Part shown: piece after piece, positions 52,356 through 60,749 of the stretch
Layout of the letters: every line of letters begins with the position of its first letter
Position numbering within the stretch: the first letter of the stretch is position 1
NCBI GenBank assembly: GCA_965227295.1
Contig: OZ245742.1
Location: 5,632,001 to 5,696,000 of the forward strand
Length of the DNA: 64,000 nucleotides
Source of the DNA: Leptonemataceae bacterium
GTDB taxonomy: Bacteria; Spirochaetota; Leptospiria; Leptospirales; Leptonemataceae
Reading direction: 5' to 3'
The notes under the pieces: model-generated
Told to the model about the DNA's origin: nothing
The model's input: the letters and a program-made list of their open reading frames with translations, nothing else
Database searches by the model: none
Made by a program: the position numbers and the translations under genes

Positions 52356-53841
52356 GAACGCGAAAGATTTTTCTACTAATAGTTACGGATTCTCCGCTAA
52401 CGAGTACGACGCCGTCATCATCGGCTCCGGGCCGAACGGCCTGGCCGCGGCGGCGGTGCTCACGGATGCCGGCGCCCGGGTGCTCGTCCTGGAAATGGCC
52501 GACGAGTTCGGCGGCGGCACGCGCACCGCGGAACTCACGCTCCCGGGATTTCACCACGACGTCTGCTCCGCCGCCCATCCCATGGGCATCCTCTCGCCGT
52601 ACTTAAAGACGCTGCCCCTGGAACGTTACGGACTGCGCTGGATCCAACCTCCGGTTTCGGTGGCCCATCCTCTCGCCGACGAACCCGCGGTGCTGATGCA
52701 TCTTTCCATCGAAGAAACCGCGGCGAACCTGGACCCGGAAGACGCGCGCGCCTACGAAAAACTCTATCGATCGTTCGTCCGCCACGGCGAAGATCTCTTG
52801 AGCGATGCCCTGGGTCCGTTGAATCGATTTCCGGCGCGGCCGCTGCAGATGATGCGCTTCGGCCTCCTGGGCCTGCGTTCGGCGGCGGGCCTCGCGAAGT
52901 CCCGCTTTCGCGGCCAACGCGCCCGGGCCCTCTTCGCCGGCTGCGCCGCGCACTCGATCCTGCCGCTTTCGTCGCCGCTCTCGGCGGCCCTGGGCCTGGT
53001 ATTTACGGTGACGGGGCACCTGGCGCGCTGGCCGGTGGCCGCCGGCGGCTCCCGGAACATTACTAAGGCACTTTCAGCATACATTAGCGACCGCGGCGGA
53101 GAACTCCGGGCCGGCGTGCGGGTCCGCAGCCTGGAAGATCTTCCGCCGGCGAAGGCCGTGCTCTTCGACACGTCTCCGGCCGAACTCCTGAACATCGCTA
53201 AAGATGCGCTGCCCGCAGGTTACGTAAAAAAACTCCGGCGGTATCGCTACGGGCCGGGCGTCTTCAAACTGGACTGGGCTCTCGACGGCCCGATTCCCTG
53301 GAAAGACGAGCGCTGCCTGCAGGCATCCACGGTGCACGTCGGCGGCACGCTGGACGAGATTGCCGCGGCCGAGTTCGAGGTGGGCGCCGGGCGCCACGCC
53401 GAACGACCGTACGTGCTGGCCGTCCAACAATCGCAATTCGATGACAGCCGCGCACCGGCCGGCAAACATACCGGCTACGCCTACATTCACGTGCCGGGGG
53501 GATCGACTCTGGATCAGAGCGATGTGCTGGAGTCGCAGATCGAACGTTTCGCCCCGGGTTTTCGGGATCGCATCCTGGCGCGCCGGGCCATGCACGCCAT
53601 GGACTTCGAGGCCTACAATCCGAACTACATCGGCGGCGCCATCACCGGCGGTGTCGCCGATCTGCCCCAGGCCTTTCTACGACCGGTCGCCCGCTTCGAT
53701 CCTTACAGTACACCGAACAAACATTTGTACATCTGTTCGGCGGCCACGCCGCCCGGCGGCGGCGTGCACGGCATGTGCGGATACTTCGCCGCGCAGAGTG
53801 TACTGAAGCGGCTTCGGAAGCTTTCCATAAAACGGTTTTGA
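52348..53841 (+). CDS. Phytoene dehydrogenase-like FAD oxidoreductase
   Basis: GSGPNGL, HDVCSAAHP, CSAATPPGGGVHGMCG; ATG at 52348. Confidence 0.9.
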   Translation: MPENAKDFSTNSYGFSANEYDAVIIGSGPNGLAAAAVLTDAGARVLVLEMADEFGGGTRTAELTLPGFHHDVCSAAHPMGILSPYLKTLPLERYGLRWIQPPVSVAHPLADEPAVLMHLSIEETAANLDPEDARAYEKLYRSFVRHGEDLLSDALGPLNRFPARPLQMMRFGLLGLRSAAGLAKSRFRGQRARALFAGCAAHSILPLSSPLSAALGLVFTVTGHLARWPVAAGGSRNITKALSAYISDRGGELRAGVRVRSLEDLPPAKAVLFDTSPAELLNIAKDALPAGYVKKLRRYRYGPGVFKLDWALDGPIPWKDERCLQASTVHVGGTLDEIAAAEFEVGAGRHAERPYVLAVQQSQFDDSRAPAGKHTGYAYIHVPGGSTLDQSDVLESQIERFAPGFRDRILARRAMHAMDFEAYNPNYIGGAITGGVADLPQAFLRPVARFDPYSTPNKHLYICSAATPPGGGVHGMCGYFAAQSVLKRLRKLSIKRF

Positions 53842-53915
53842 ACTCCGAGGACCGAGGTTCCGAGGAAAAGAGGAGGTTGCCACCACACTCTCATTCTTCC
53901 CTCGATCCTCGGAGT
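53842..53915. repeat. ACTCCGAGG inverted-repeat element, copy 3 (short)
   Basis: ACTCCGAGGACCGAGGTTCCGAGG ... CCTCGATCCTCGGAGT between convergent genes. Confidence 0.8.
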
Positions 53916-53927
53916 CAATCTTCCTTT

Positions 53928-55547
53928 TCAGGCCGCGCCGGCCGCCGCGTTTTTTGCGGCCTTGAGGACCTTCATGAATCCGATGCCGTCCGGGATGGCC
54001 CCTAATGTCGCCATAGCGCCCATTAAGGCGCCGGCGACGCCGGGGCTGCTGACGTCGGCGCCGGTAAGATACAGTCCCTCCACCGGCGTCGCGGCCTGGC
54101 ACCAGGGCGCCACGTCGGAACGAAAGCGCTCGCGCACTGCCGGCACGCCGTAGATCGAACCGCGCGGATGGCCGGTGAAGTACGAAACGGTGAGCGGTGT
54201 CGACAACTCGCGGTATTCGATGAGATCGGCAAAGCCCGGATACTTGCCGTTGATGTAGGCGACCAGGTCATCGGCGATCTTCGTCTTGAAGGCCTCGTAG
54301 TCTTCGCCGCGACGTTTCCAGGTCGTTTCTTTCCATTTCGCGAACGGTTCGTACGGCGTGAGTGCGATGATTTCCGCCGTGTGTCCTTTGGCCTCCGGGT
54401 TTTTCAGTGAGGGAAACGAAAGATACGCGCCGCCGAGAGCGCCCGTGCCTTCGAGCCAGCCCTCGGCGCCGCCGAAGTTTTGGTCATGATTGTAGCTTTC
54501 GTAAATCCAGTGGTTTTCTCCCGCGAACCCCAGGGACCGCGGATCGTCTTTCAAGCCGCAGTAGAGTGTCACCGAGGCCGTCACCGGCATGTTCTTGTAG
54601 AATTCGTTCAGTTCGTTCTTGAACGGAACCGCCGCGCTTTCCGGCAGCAGCCGGTTGTAGGTTACGTGAGCGCCCGCGTTCGAGATGATCAACGGTGCGC
54701 GAAATTCCATGACGTCCGCTTCGCCCTTACGCGCCGTTAACTTGCGCGCACGAACACCTACGGCCTTGCCGTTTTCAACGAGGATCTCCTCCACCTCGTG
54801 AGACAACAACACCTGACCGCCCTTTTCTTCGAGGACGGGCTTCACGGCCTTCGCAATCGAGCCGGCGCCGCCCGTGGGATAATAACCGCCGTTGAGATAA
54901 TGCGCGACGACACTGGCGTGGATCATGAACGAACTCTTTGACGGTGGAATGCCGTAGTCGCCCCACTGAGATTGCAAGAGCGCGCGCAACTGCGGGTTCC
55001 GGAAGTTTTTGTCGAAGTACTGCTGCACCGTGATGTCCGCCGTATCGAAGCCGCTGATATTCAACTGCGATTTGACTTTGTCGACGAAGGGCTCGGATGA
55101 TTTCATGTTGTGCCGGCCGAACCAGGCGTTGGTCTTGCGCACGTCTTCGAAGTAAGCCTCGACGGCCTCGCGTTCGTCCGGGAATTTTTCGATGACCGCG
55201 GCCTTGTAACGATCCTCGCCCGTGGGCACGGCGAACGTGAAGTCCGGGTACACGAACTTTTCGAAGTGATCCGGCATGGGGTTCCAGCCGATGTTTCCGC
55301 GACCGATGATGTCAAAGAGCGTGCGCAGTACCGAGGCTTTGCCCATGTCGCCGATGTAATGGATGCCCACGTCCCAGCTCCATTTTTGTTTGCGGCCGAA
55401 CTCGTGGGTAAAACCGCCCATTACATAGTGCCGCTCCAGCATGAGCACGCGTTTGTCGCGGAACTGGGCGAGAATCGAAGCGGCGGCCATGGCCCCCATG
55501 CCGCTGCCGATGAAGATTACGTCGTAATTGTTTTCGTTCTGAGTCAT
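53928..55547 (-). CDS. Phytoene desaturase family protein (retinol saturase-like)
   Basis: GSGMG, GGFTHEF..WDVGIHY, YLSFPSLK, STPLT, GLYLTGAD; GGAGGAG RBS before ATG 55547. Confidence 0.9.
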   Translation of the reverse strand: MTQNENNYDVIFIGSGMGAMAAASILAQFRDKRVLMLERHYVMGGFTHEFGRKQKWSWDVGIHYIGDMGKASVLRTLFDIIGRGNIGWNPMPDHFEKFVYPDFTFAVPTGEDRYKAAVIEKFPDEREAVEAYFEDVRKTNAWFGRHNMKSSEPFVDKVKSQLNISGFDTADITVQQYFDKNFRNPQLRALLQSQWGDYGIPPSKSSFMIHASVVAHYLNGGYYPTGGAGSIAKAVKPVLEEKGGQVLLSHEVEEILVENGKAVGVRARKLTARKGEADVMEFRAPLIISNAGAHVTYNRLLPESAAVPFKNELNEFYKNMPVTASVTLYCGLKDDPRSLGFAGENHWIYESYNHDQNFGGAEGWLEGTGALGGAYLSFPSLKNPEAKGHTAEIIALTPYEPFAKWKETTWKRRGEDYEAFKTKIADDLVAYINGKYPGFADLIEYRELSTPLTVSYFTGHPRGSIYGVPAVRERFRSDVAPWCQAATPVEGLYLTGADVSSPGVAGALMGAMATLGAIPDGIGFMKVLKAAKNAAAGAA

Positions 55548-55565
55548 GATCACTCCTCCGCCGGC

Positions 55566-55638
55566 CGGAGCCGGGAATGTTGCCAACGGTAACATTCCCG
55601 GCTCCGAAAGCAAGCAAAAAAGTTACCAGTGGAAACAT
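55566..55638. promoter_or_regulatory. Putative double TetR operator inside a 19-bp-arm palindrome
   Basis: ATGTTGCCAACGGTAACAT (55577-55595) and AAGTTACCAGTGGAAACAT (55620-55638) between divergent genes. Confidence 0.65.
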
Positions 55639-55702
55639 CCGTTTTTCTTCGCGGCCGCGGGAATTTCCTTGTCCCGTTCCGGCGACCGTGCTCGACTGGC
55701 CC

Positions 55703-56347
55703 GTGGCCCGGAGCGCATCACAGGCGGCCTCTAAGAAAGAGGCGCGTCCCTATCATGTCGGCGACCTGCGCGCGAAGTTGATCGCCGCGGGCCTGGACCT
55801 GGTCCGTACGGACGGCGGGGAACGCGAGCTGAGTCTGCGCCGGGTGGCCCGGGCGGCCGGCGTCACCCATACGGCGGCGTATCGTCACTTCGACGACCGC
55901 GACGCGCTGATCGCCGCCATGGCCGAAGAAGGCTACCGCAAGTTCTACGAGTACCAGAGCGAGCGCCTGGTCGACGCGGGCGAGGACTTCGGCGAACGCT
56001 TTCGCAGCTTAGGTTACGCTTACGTAAGCTTTACGATCGAGAATCCCGAGTACGCCCGGCTCATGTTCGGCCGCGGGGGCATCGACTTCAAGGCCTATCC
56101 GGCGCTCGTCGCCGCGGCCACCCGCACGTTCCGGCGGCTACAGGAAATCATCCGCCTGGGTCAGCGTGTGGGTTTGATCAAGGGCGGGCGCAGCAAGGAG
56201 AAAACGCTCGCGGCCTGGTCCATGGTGCACGGACTGTCCATGTTGATCCTGGACGGCCAGATCAGCCTGCGCGGCGGAGCGGACGACCCGGCGACGGAGG
56301 CCCTGGTTACGTCGGTGATCGGTTTTGTTTATTCGGGAATGCAGTAA
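55703..56347 (+). CDS. TetR family regulator (WHG-type C-domain); start uncertain
   Basis: YHVGDLR, LSLRRVARAAGVTHTAAYRHF, WSMVHGL. Confidence 0.9.
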   Translation: MARSASQAASKKEARPYHVGDLRAKLIAAGLDLVRTDGGERELSLRRVARAAGVTHTAAYRHFDDRDALIAAMAEEGYRKFYEYQSERLVDAGEDFGERFRSLGYAYVSFTIENPEYARLMFGRGGIDFKAYPALVAAATRTFRRLQEIIRLGQRVGLIKGGRSKEKTLAAWSMVHGLSMLILDGQISLRGGADDPATEALVTSVIGFVYSGMQ

Positions 56348-56364
56348 CGACGCGGGCTTAAGGC

Positions 56365-57105
56365 GTGTACAATCCGGTCCAGAAAGGCATAGAAAAATCG
56401 GTGCGCTCCGTGCGTTACACCGAGGTGGAGCCGCCGGTAGATCTTTCCACCTTCGTCCATCGTTTCTGGGAGATCAGATCGGAACGAAAGTTAAACGAGG
56501 ACTTTGTGTTTCATGTCCTGCCCGACGCCTGCATCCACCTGGTCTTTAACCTGACCGCTCCGGGAACCGCCGGGCTTACGGCATTGCGCACCGGCGCTGA
56601 AGAACTGAATCTCGGCAGAAGCTTTCACTTTGTCGGCGCGAGATTTCTGCCGGGCATCTGGCGGGGCGGCCGTAGTGAGATCGTTCGCGGCGTCGTTGAT
56701 TCTCCGTATGCGGGGAACCTGCCGTTGATTGAGGTGAGCCGTGAACTCGCGCGTAAAAGTTTTTCGGCAATGCAGCCCGTCTTATCGAATCTGGTCCGGC
56801 AGTTGATCGCGCAAAAATTGCTCACTGATGACGAAGTCACAACCTGTCTACTGGCGAATCTCGACGAGATCGATTCGGTGAGCGACATGGCGAATGCGGT
56901 GGGCATGTCGGCGCGCCAGTTACAGCGGGTCATCCGACAAACAACAGGATTCAGTCCCCACGATCTTCTGAAAGTACTGCGCCTGCAGAAGTCGTTCGTG
57001 CGGAACTACCTGGATTTTTACGCGGACCAATCTCACTATATTCATTCGTTTCGCAGAATCACCGGCTACACTCCGAAAAAGTACGCCGGCAAATTCGGTG
57101 TCTGA
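56365..57105 (+). CDS. AraC-family regulator with DUF6597-like N-domain
   Basis: VLPDAC, GARFLPG, MSARQLQR, YADQSHYIHSFRRITGYTP. Confidence 0.88.
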   Translation: MYNPVQKGIEKSVRSVRYTEVEPPVDLSTFVHRFWEIRSERKLNEDFVFHVLPDACIHLVFNLTAPGTAGLTALRTGAEELNLGRSFHFVGARFLPGIWRGGRSEIVRGVVDSPYAGNLPLIEVSRELARKSFSAMQPVLSNLVRQLIAQKLLTDDEVTTCLLANLDEIDSVSDMANAVGMSARQLQRVIRQTTGFSPHDLLKVLRLQKSFVRNYLDFYADQSHYIHSFRRITGYTPKKYAGKFGV

Positions 57106-57174
57106 TTTATACAATACAGCCGGGCCGGAATCGGTTACTCTCCACGTTATATTTTACGTCGAGAGGAATTGGAG

Positions 57175-57549
57175 ATGAGGAAGGCGGGTTTTTTCGATAT
57201 TTATGTAGAGGAAATGGATCGGGCACAGAAGTTCTACGAAGCGGTACTGGATACGAAGCTTCAGAAAATGGACGACCCGAACGACAGCAGCGTGGAAATG
57301 CGCATGTTTGCCGATGATTTCCAGTCCCACGGCGCGGGCGGCGCTCTGGTGAAGATGGACGCCGCCAGGCCGGGCCCCGGCGGAACGATGATCTACTTTA
57401 CGTGTGAAGACTGTTCCGTGGAAGAAGGCCGCGTCGAGAAAGCCGGCGGCAAGATTATCCGGCCGAAATTCCCCATCGGAGAACACGGCTTTGTCTCACT
57501 CGCCGCCGATACCGAGGGCAACATGATCGGCTTGCATTCGATGAAGTAG
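57175..57549 (+). CDS. VOC (glyoxalase/bleomycin resistance) family protein
   Basis: FDIYVEEMDRAQKFY, GGALVK, DTEGNMIGLHS. Confidence 0.92.
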   Translation: MRKAGFFDIYVEEMDRAQKFYEAVLDTKLQKMDDPNDSSVEMRMFADDFQSHGAGGALVKMDAARPGPGGTMIYFTCEDCSVEEGRVEKAGGKIIRPKFPIGEHGFVSLAADTEGNMIGLHSMK

Positions 57550-57584
57550 GTCGAGGCGCGATCCGGAACAATTACGGCATTCTC

Positions 57585-57834
57585 ACCGCAGAGGTGCGGA
57601 GGGCGCGAAGTGGAGGATGGTTTGCGGGATTGAATGCTAACGCTGATTGGTGATGACGCGCGCGAGCGCGTCCAGTGCGGTTGCCGAAGATGTATCTTCT
57701 TTCACGATGCCGGTGGGCCTTTAACGCTTCGATTTCCGCATCGCCGCGCCCAAATCCGCGACGAAAACTCTCGACCTCGAAAAGAATTTTTGACACTTCA
57801 CTCAAACTCTCCGCACCCTTCGCGCCTCCGCGGT
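57585..57834. repeat. Intergenic inverted-repeat element (CGCAGAG-type)
   Basis: ACCGCAGAGGTGCGGAGGGCGCGAAG ... CTCCGCACCCTTCGCGCCTCCGCGGT; extra related arm at 57870-57895. Confidence 0.65.
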
Positions 57835-57904
57835 AAAGACGTAACGATCGTACCCGCCGAGACACAAAACTCAGTGTCCTCGGCGCCTCGGTGGTTTATA
57901 AAAC

Positions 57905-59314
57905 CTACCGCACGTCCTTCACATGAAAGTGCAAATCCACCGGCAAGATCTTCGGGAACAGCGTGATCATGATCGTCCCGGCGACGTACATCCACAGCCC
58001 GAATAATCCCGACACCGCAAACATGGACGAGTGAAAGTCCCCCATGCGATCCTGTAAGAGAATCGCGATGGTCATGGCCAGGGCGGCGTTCTGTAGTCCC
58101 GTTTCCAATGCGATGGCGCGGGTTTGAAAGTTATCGACGCGCAGGATCTTCGCGACCACGAGGCTGAAGACCATGGCCGAGAGCGTCAGCGTAAGTACCA
58201 CCGCGTAGAAACTAAGGCCGTAGCGGTCGAAGTCCAGGAAGTGGTGCAGGTTGTTCAGGATGCCCGTAATGATCAAGAACAGCAGCGCGAACACGCCCAG
58301 GCCCGAAAAGTATTTCTCGGACGCCTTCGCGAAGTTCTCGAAGCGCGCGCGAATGCCGAGGCCCACGAGCAGCGGCACGATCACCAATACCAGTATCTGC
58401 ACGATGACGTCTTTCACCGGGATCTCGACGTTGGGTACTCCGGCGGCGTAGAGTTGCAGCAAGAGCGGCGTGAATACGAGCGAGAGAATCGTGGATACGC
58501 CGGTCATGGAAACCGAGAGCGCCAAATCGCCCTTCGCCCAGTAGGTCATGAGATTCGAAGTCACGCCGCCGGGCGACGCCGAAACAAGAATGAGGCCGAT
58601 GAAAATAAACGGATAGCTCTCCGGATAACCGGCGGCGCTGCCCAGGAGATACGCGAGGAACGGCAGCAATCCGAACTGGCACAGCGGCCCCACGATCATG
58701 GCGCGAGGTTTGATGGCCACCATGGCGAAGTCGCGCACGGTGAGCGTCATGCCCATGCCCATCATCACGAAAAAGAGCATGAGCACGATGAAGATAAAAA
58801 ACAAACGATCGATGAAGCCGCGTTCGGGCACGGACTCGAGGCGCGCGAAGTGCCAGAGTTCGCCGTCCACCGTGGCGGTGCCGGCGCGCACGTTGAACTT
58901 CATTTTGTTTTTGATTTTATCGGCGATGCCGGCGTAGGGCGAGTCGCTTTCGGCGGCCAGGGCGGAAGCGTCCTCCGGAATGGAGAGGATGTAGATGTCA
59001 TCGTCGAGGGAGCGCACGAGATAGAGTCCGCGCACCGCGATGCCGGCGTCCGTGTGCACATCGAGGCGGCGCAGGTTGCCGGTGAACTCCAGGGCTTCGG
59101 CGTTTTCGTAATTGTAGTCCCGCGCCGCGTCGGACAACTTCGCGAACAACACCGCGGCATCGAGGCTGCGCTGCATCTTCAGCAGGCGTTCGTACTGTTC
59201 CTCTCCGGAGACCTCTTGCGGTTGTGCCGGTTCGTCTTGCGCTCGCAGGACCGCCGTGCTGACGACTGCCGCCGCCACGGCGATGATGAGAATGTTGTTT
59301 TTATGTTTTCGCAT
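57905..59314 (-). CDS. Bile acid:sodium symporter (BASS) family transporter with N-terminal soluble extension
   Basis: MMGMGMTL, QFGLLP, PGGVTSN, GDLALSV, ETGLQN; signal peptide plus ~150-aa extra domain. Confidence 0.9.
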   Translation of the reverse strand: MRKHKNNILIIAVAAAVVSTAVLRAQDEPAQPQEVSGEEQYERLLKMQRSLDAAVLFAKLSDAARDYNYENAEALEFTGNLRRLDVHTDAGIAVRGLYLVRSLDDDIYILSIPEDASALAAESDSPYAGIADKIKNKMKFNVRAGTATVDGELWHFARLESVPERGFIDRLFFIFIVLMLFFVMMGMGMTLTVRDFAMVAIKPRAMIVGPLCQFGLLPFLAYLLGSAAGYPESYPFIFIGLILVSASPGGVTSNLMTYWAKGDLALSVSMTGVSTILSLVFTPLLLQLYAAGVPNVEIPVKDVIVQILVLVIVPLLVGLGIRARFENFAKASEKYFSGLGVFALLFLIITGILNNLHHFLDFDRYGLSFYAVVLTLTLSAMVFSLVVAKILRVDNFQTRAIALETGLQNAALAMTIAILLQDRMGDFHSSMFAVSGLFGLWMYVAGTIMITLFPKILPVDLHFHVKDVR

Positions 59315-59442
59315 GAAGGACTCCTATCATAGGAGTGGCACCCCGCCCGTGCGCCGCAAGCGAATTTCCGGGGATCCTGCCGCGATTTCGATATGTCCCC
59401 CTTCCCGACTTCCATCGACTTGCGGACAGCAAAATGAATCCA

Positions 59443-60735
59443 TTCATGTTTCTCACGGCAACGCAACGAACCGCAGCTCTTGAACTACCGGAAACGCACG
59501 GGTTTTTCGCACACGCCCTGAATTGTGGTGTAAGTGAAGGCCAGTGTACATTAAGGCTTTTATGGGTACAGCTGGTTCCAGCTGACGCGCGGAGGTCATG
59601 CCGGGGAAATGTGGGGTGCGCACCGGAACGGCGTCTTCGTCGTAAGAAATGCTGCGATAGCTGAGTCGCCAACCGACGTCCGGGTCGAACGCAGTATTCT
59701 TAGCAAAACGAAAATCCACAACTCCCGCAAAGCCGTAGCCAAAAAAACCACTGCACGATACGGCAACCGCAACGAGTCGCAGTTCTTGAATTACCGGAAA
59801 CTCTCGGGTGATTCGCATACGCCCCGAATCGTGGTGTAAGTGGCGGCCAGTTTGTATTAAGCCTTGTATGGGTACGGCTGGTTCCAGCAGATGAACGGAG
59901 GTCATGCCGGGGAATGTGGTAAGGCGCACCGGAACGGCGTCTTCGTCGTAAGGAACGCTGCGATAGCTGAGTCGCAAACCCGCGTCCGGGTCGAACGCAG
60001 CATTTTTTGCGAAACGAAACTCCACAACGTTTCTGAAGGCGGACATGTCCCGGCCTATCCCTCAATCTCGCCGAAGCGAGATTGAGGCTCCCGCTCAGCC
60101 GTAGCCAAAAAAACCACTGCACGATACGGCAACTTACTTCACGTTTCTCACCGCAACCGCAACGAGTCGCAGTTCTTGAATTACCGGAAACTCTCGGGTG
60201 ATTCGCATACGCCCCGAATCGTGGTGTAAGTGGCGGCCAGTTTGTATTAAGCCTTGTATGGGTACGGCTGGTTCCAGCAGATGAACGGAGGTCATGTCGG
60301 GGAATGTGGTAAGGCGCACCGGAACGGCGTCTTCGCCGCAAGAAACGCTACTGTAGCTGAGTCGCAAACCCGCGTCCGGGTCGAACGCAGCATTTTTTGC
60401 GAAACGAAACTCCACAACGTTTCTGAAGGCGGACATGTCCCGGCCTATCCCTCAATCTCGCCGAAGCGAGATTGAGGCTCCCGCTCAGCCGTAGCCAAAA
60501 AAATCCCTTCACCATTGCGCAACTTACCTTGTGTGTCTCACGGCAAACGCCGCGAACCGCAGCTCTTGAACTACCGGAAACGCGCGGGTTATTCGCACAC
60601 GCCCCGAATCGTGAAGTAAGTGAAGGCCAGTGTACATTAAGGCTTTTATGGGTACAGCTGGTTCCAGCTGACGCGCGGAGGTCGTGCCGGGGAACGTGGT
60701 ACGGCGGACCGGAACGGCGTCTTCGTCGTAAGAAA
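59443..60735 (+). repeat. Tandem array 2 of the long modular repeat
   Basis: Units starting near 59443 and 59761, at 60134, and a partial unit at 60524 (390-bp period); clearly homologous to array 1. Confidence 0.97.
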
Positions 60736-60749
60736 ACTTCGGCTACACC

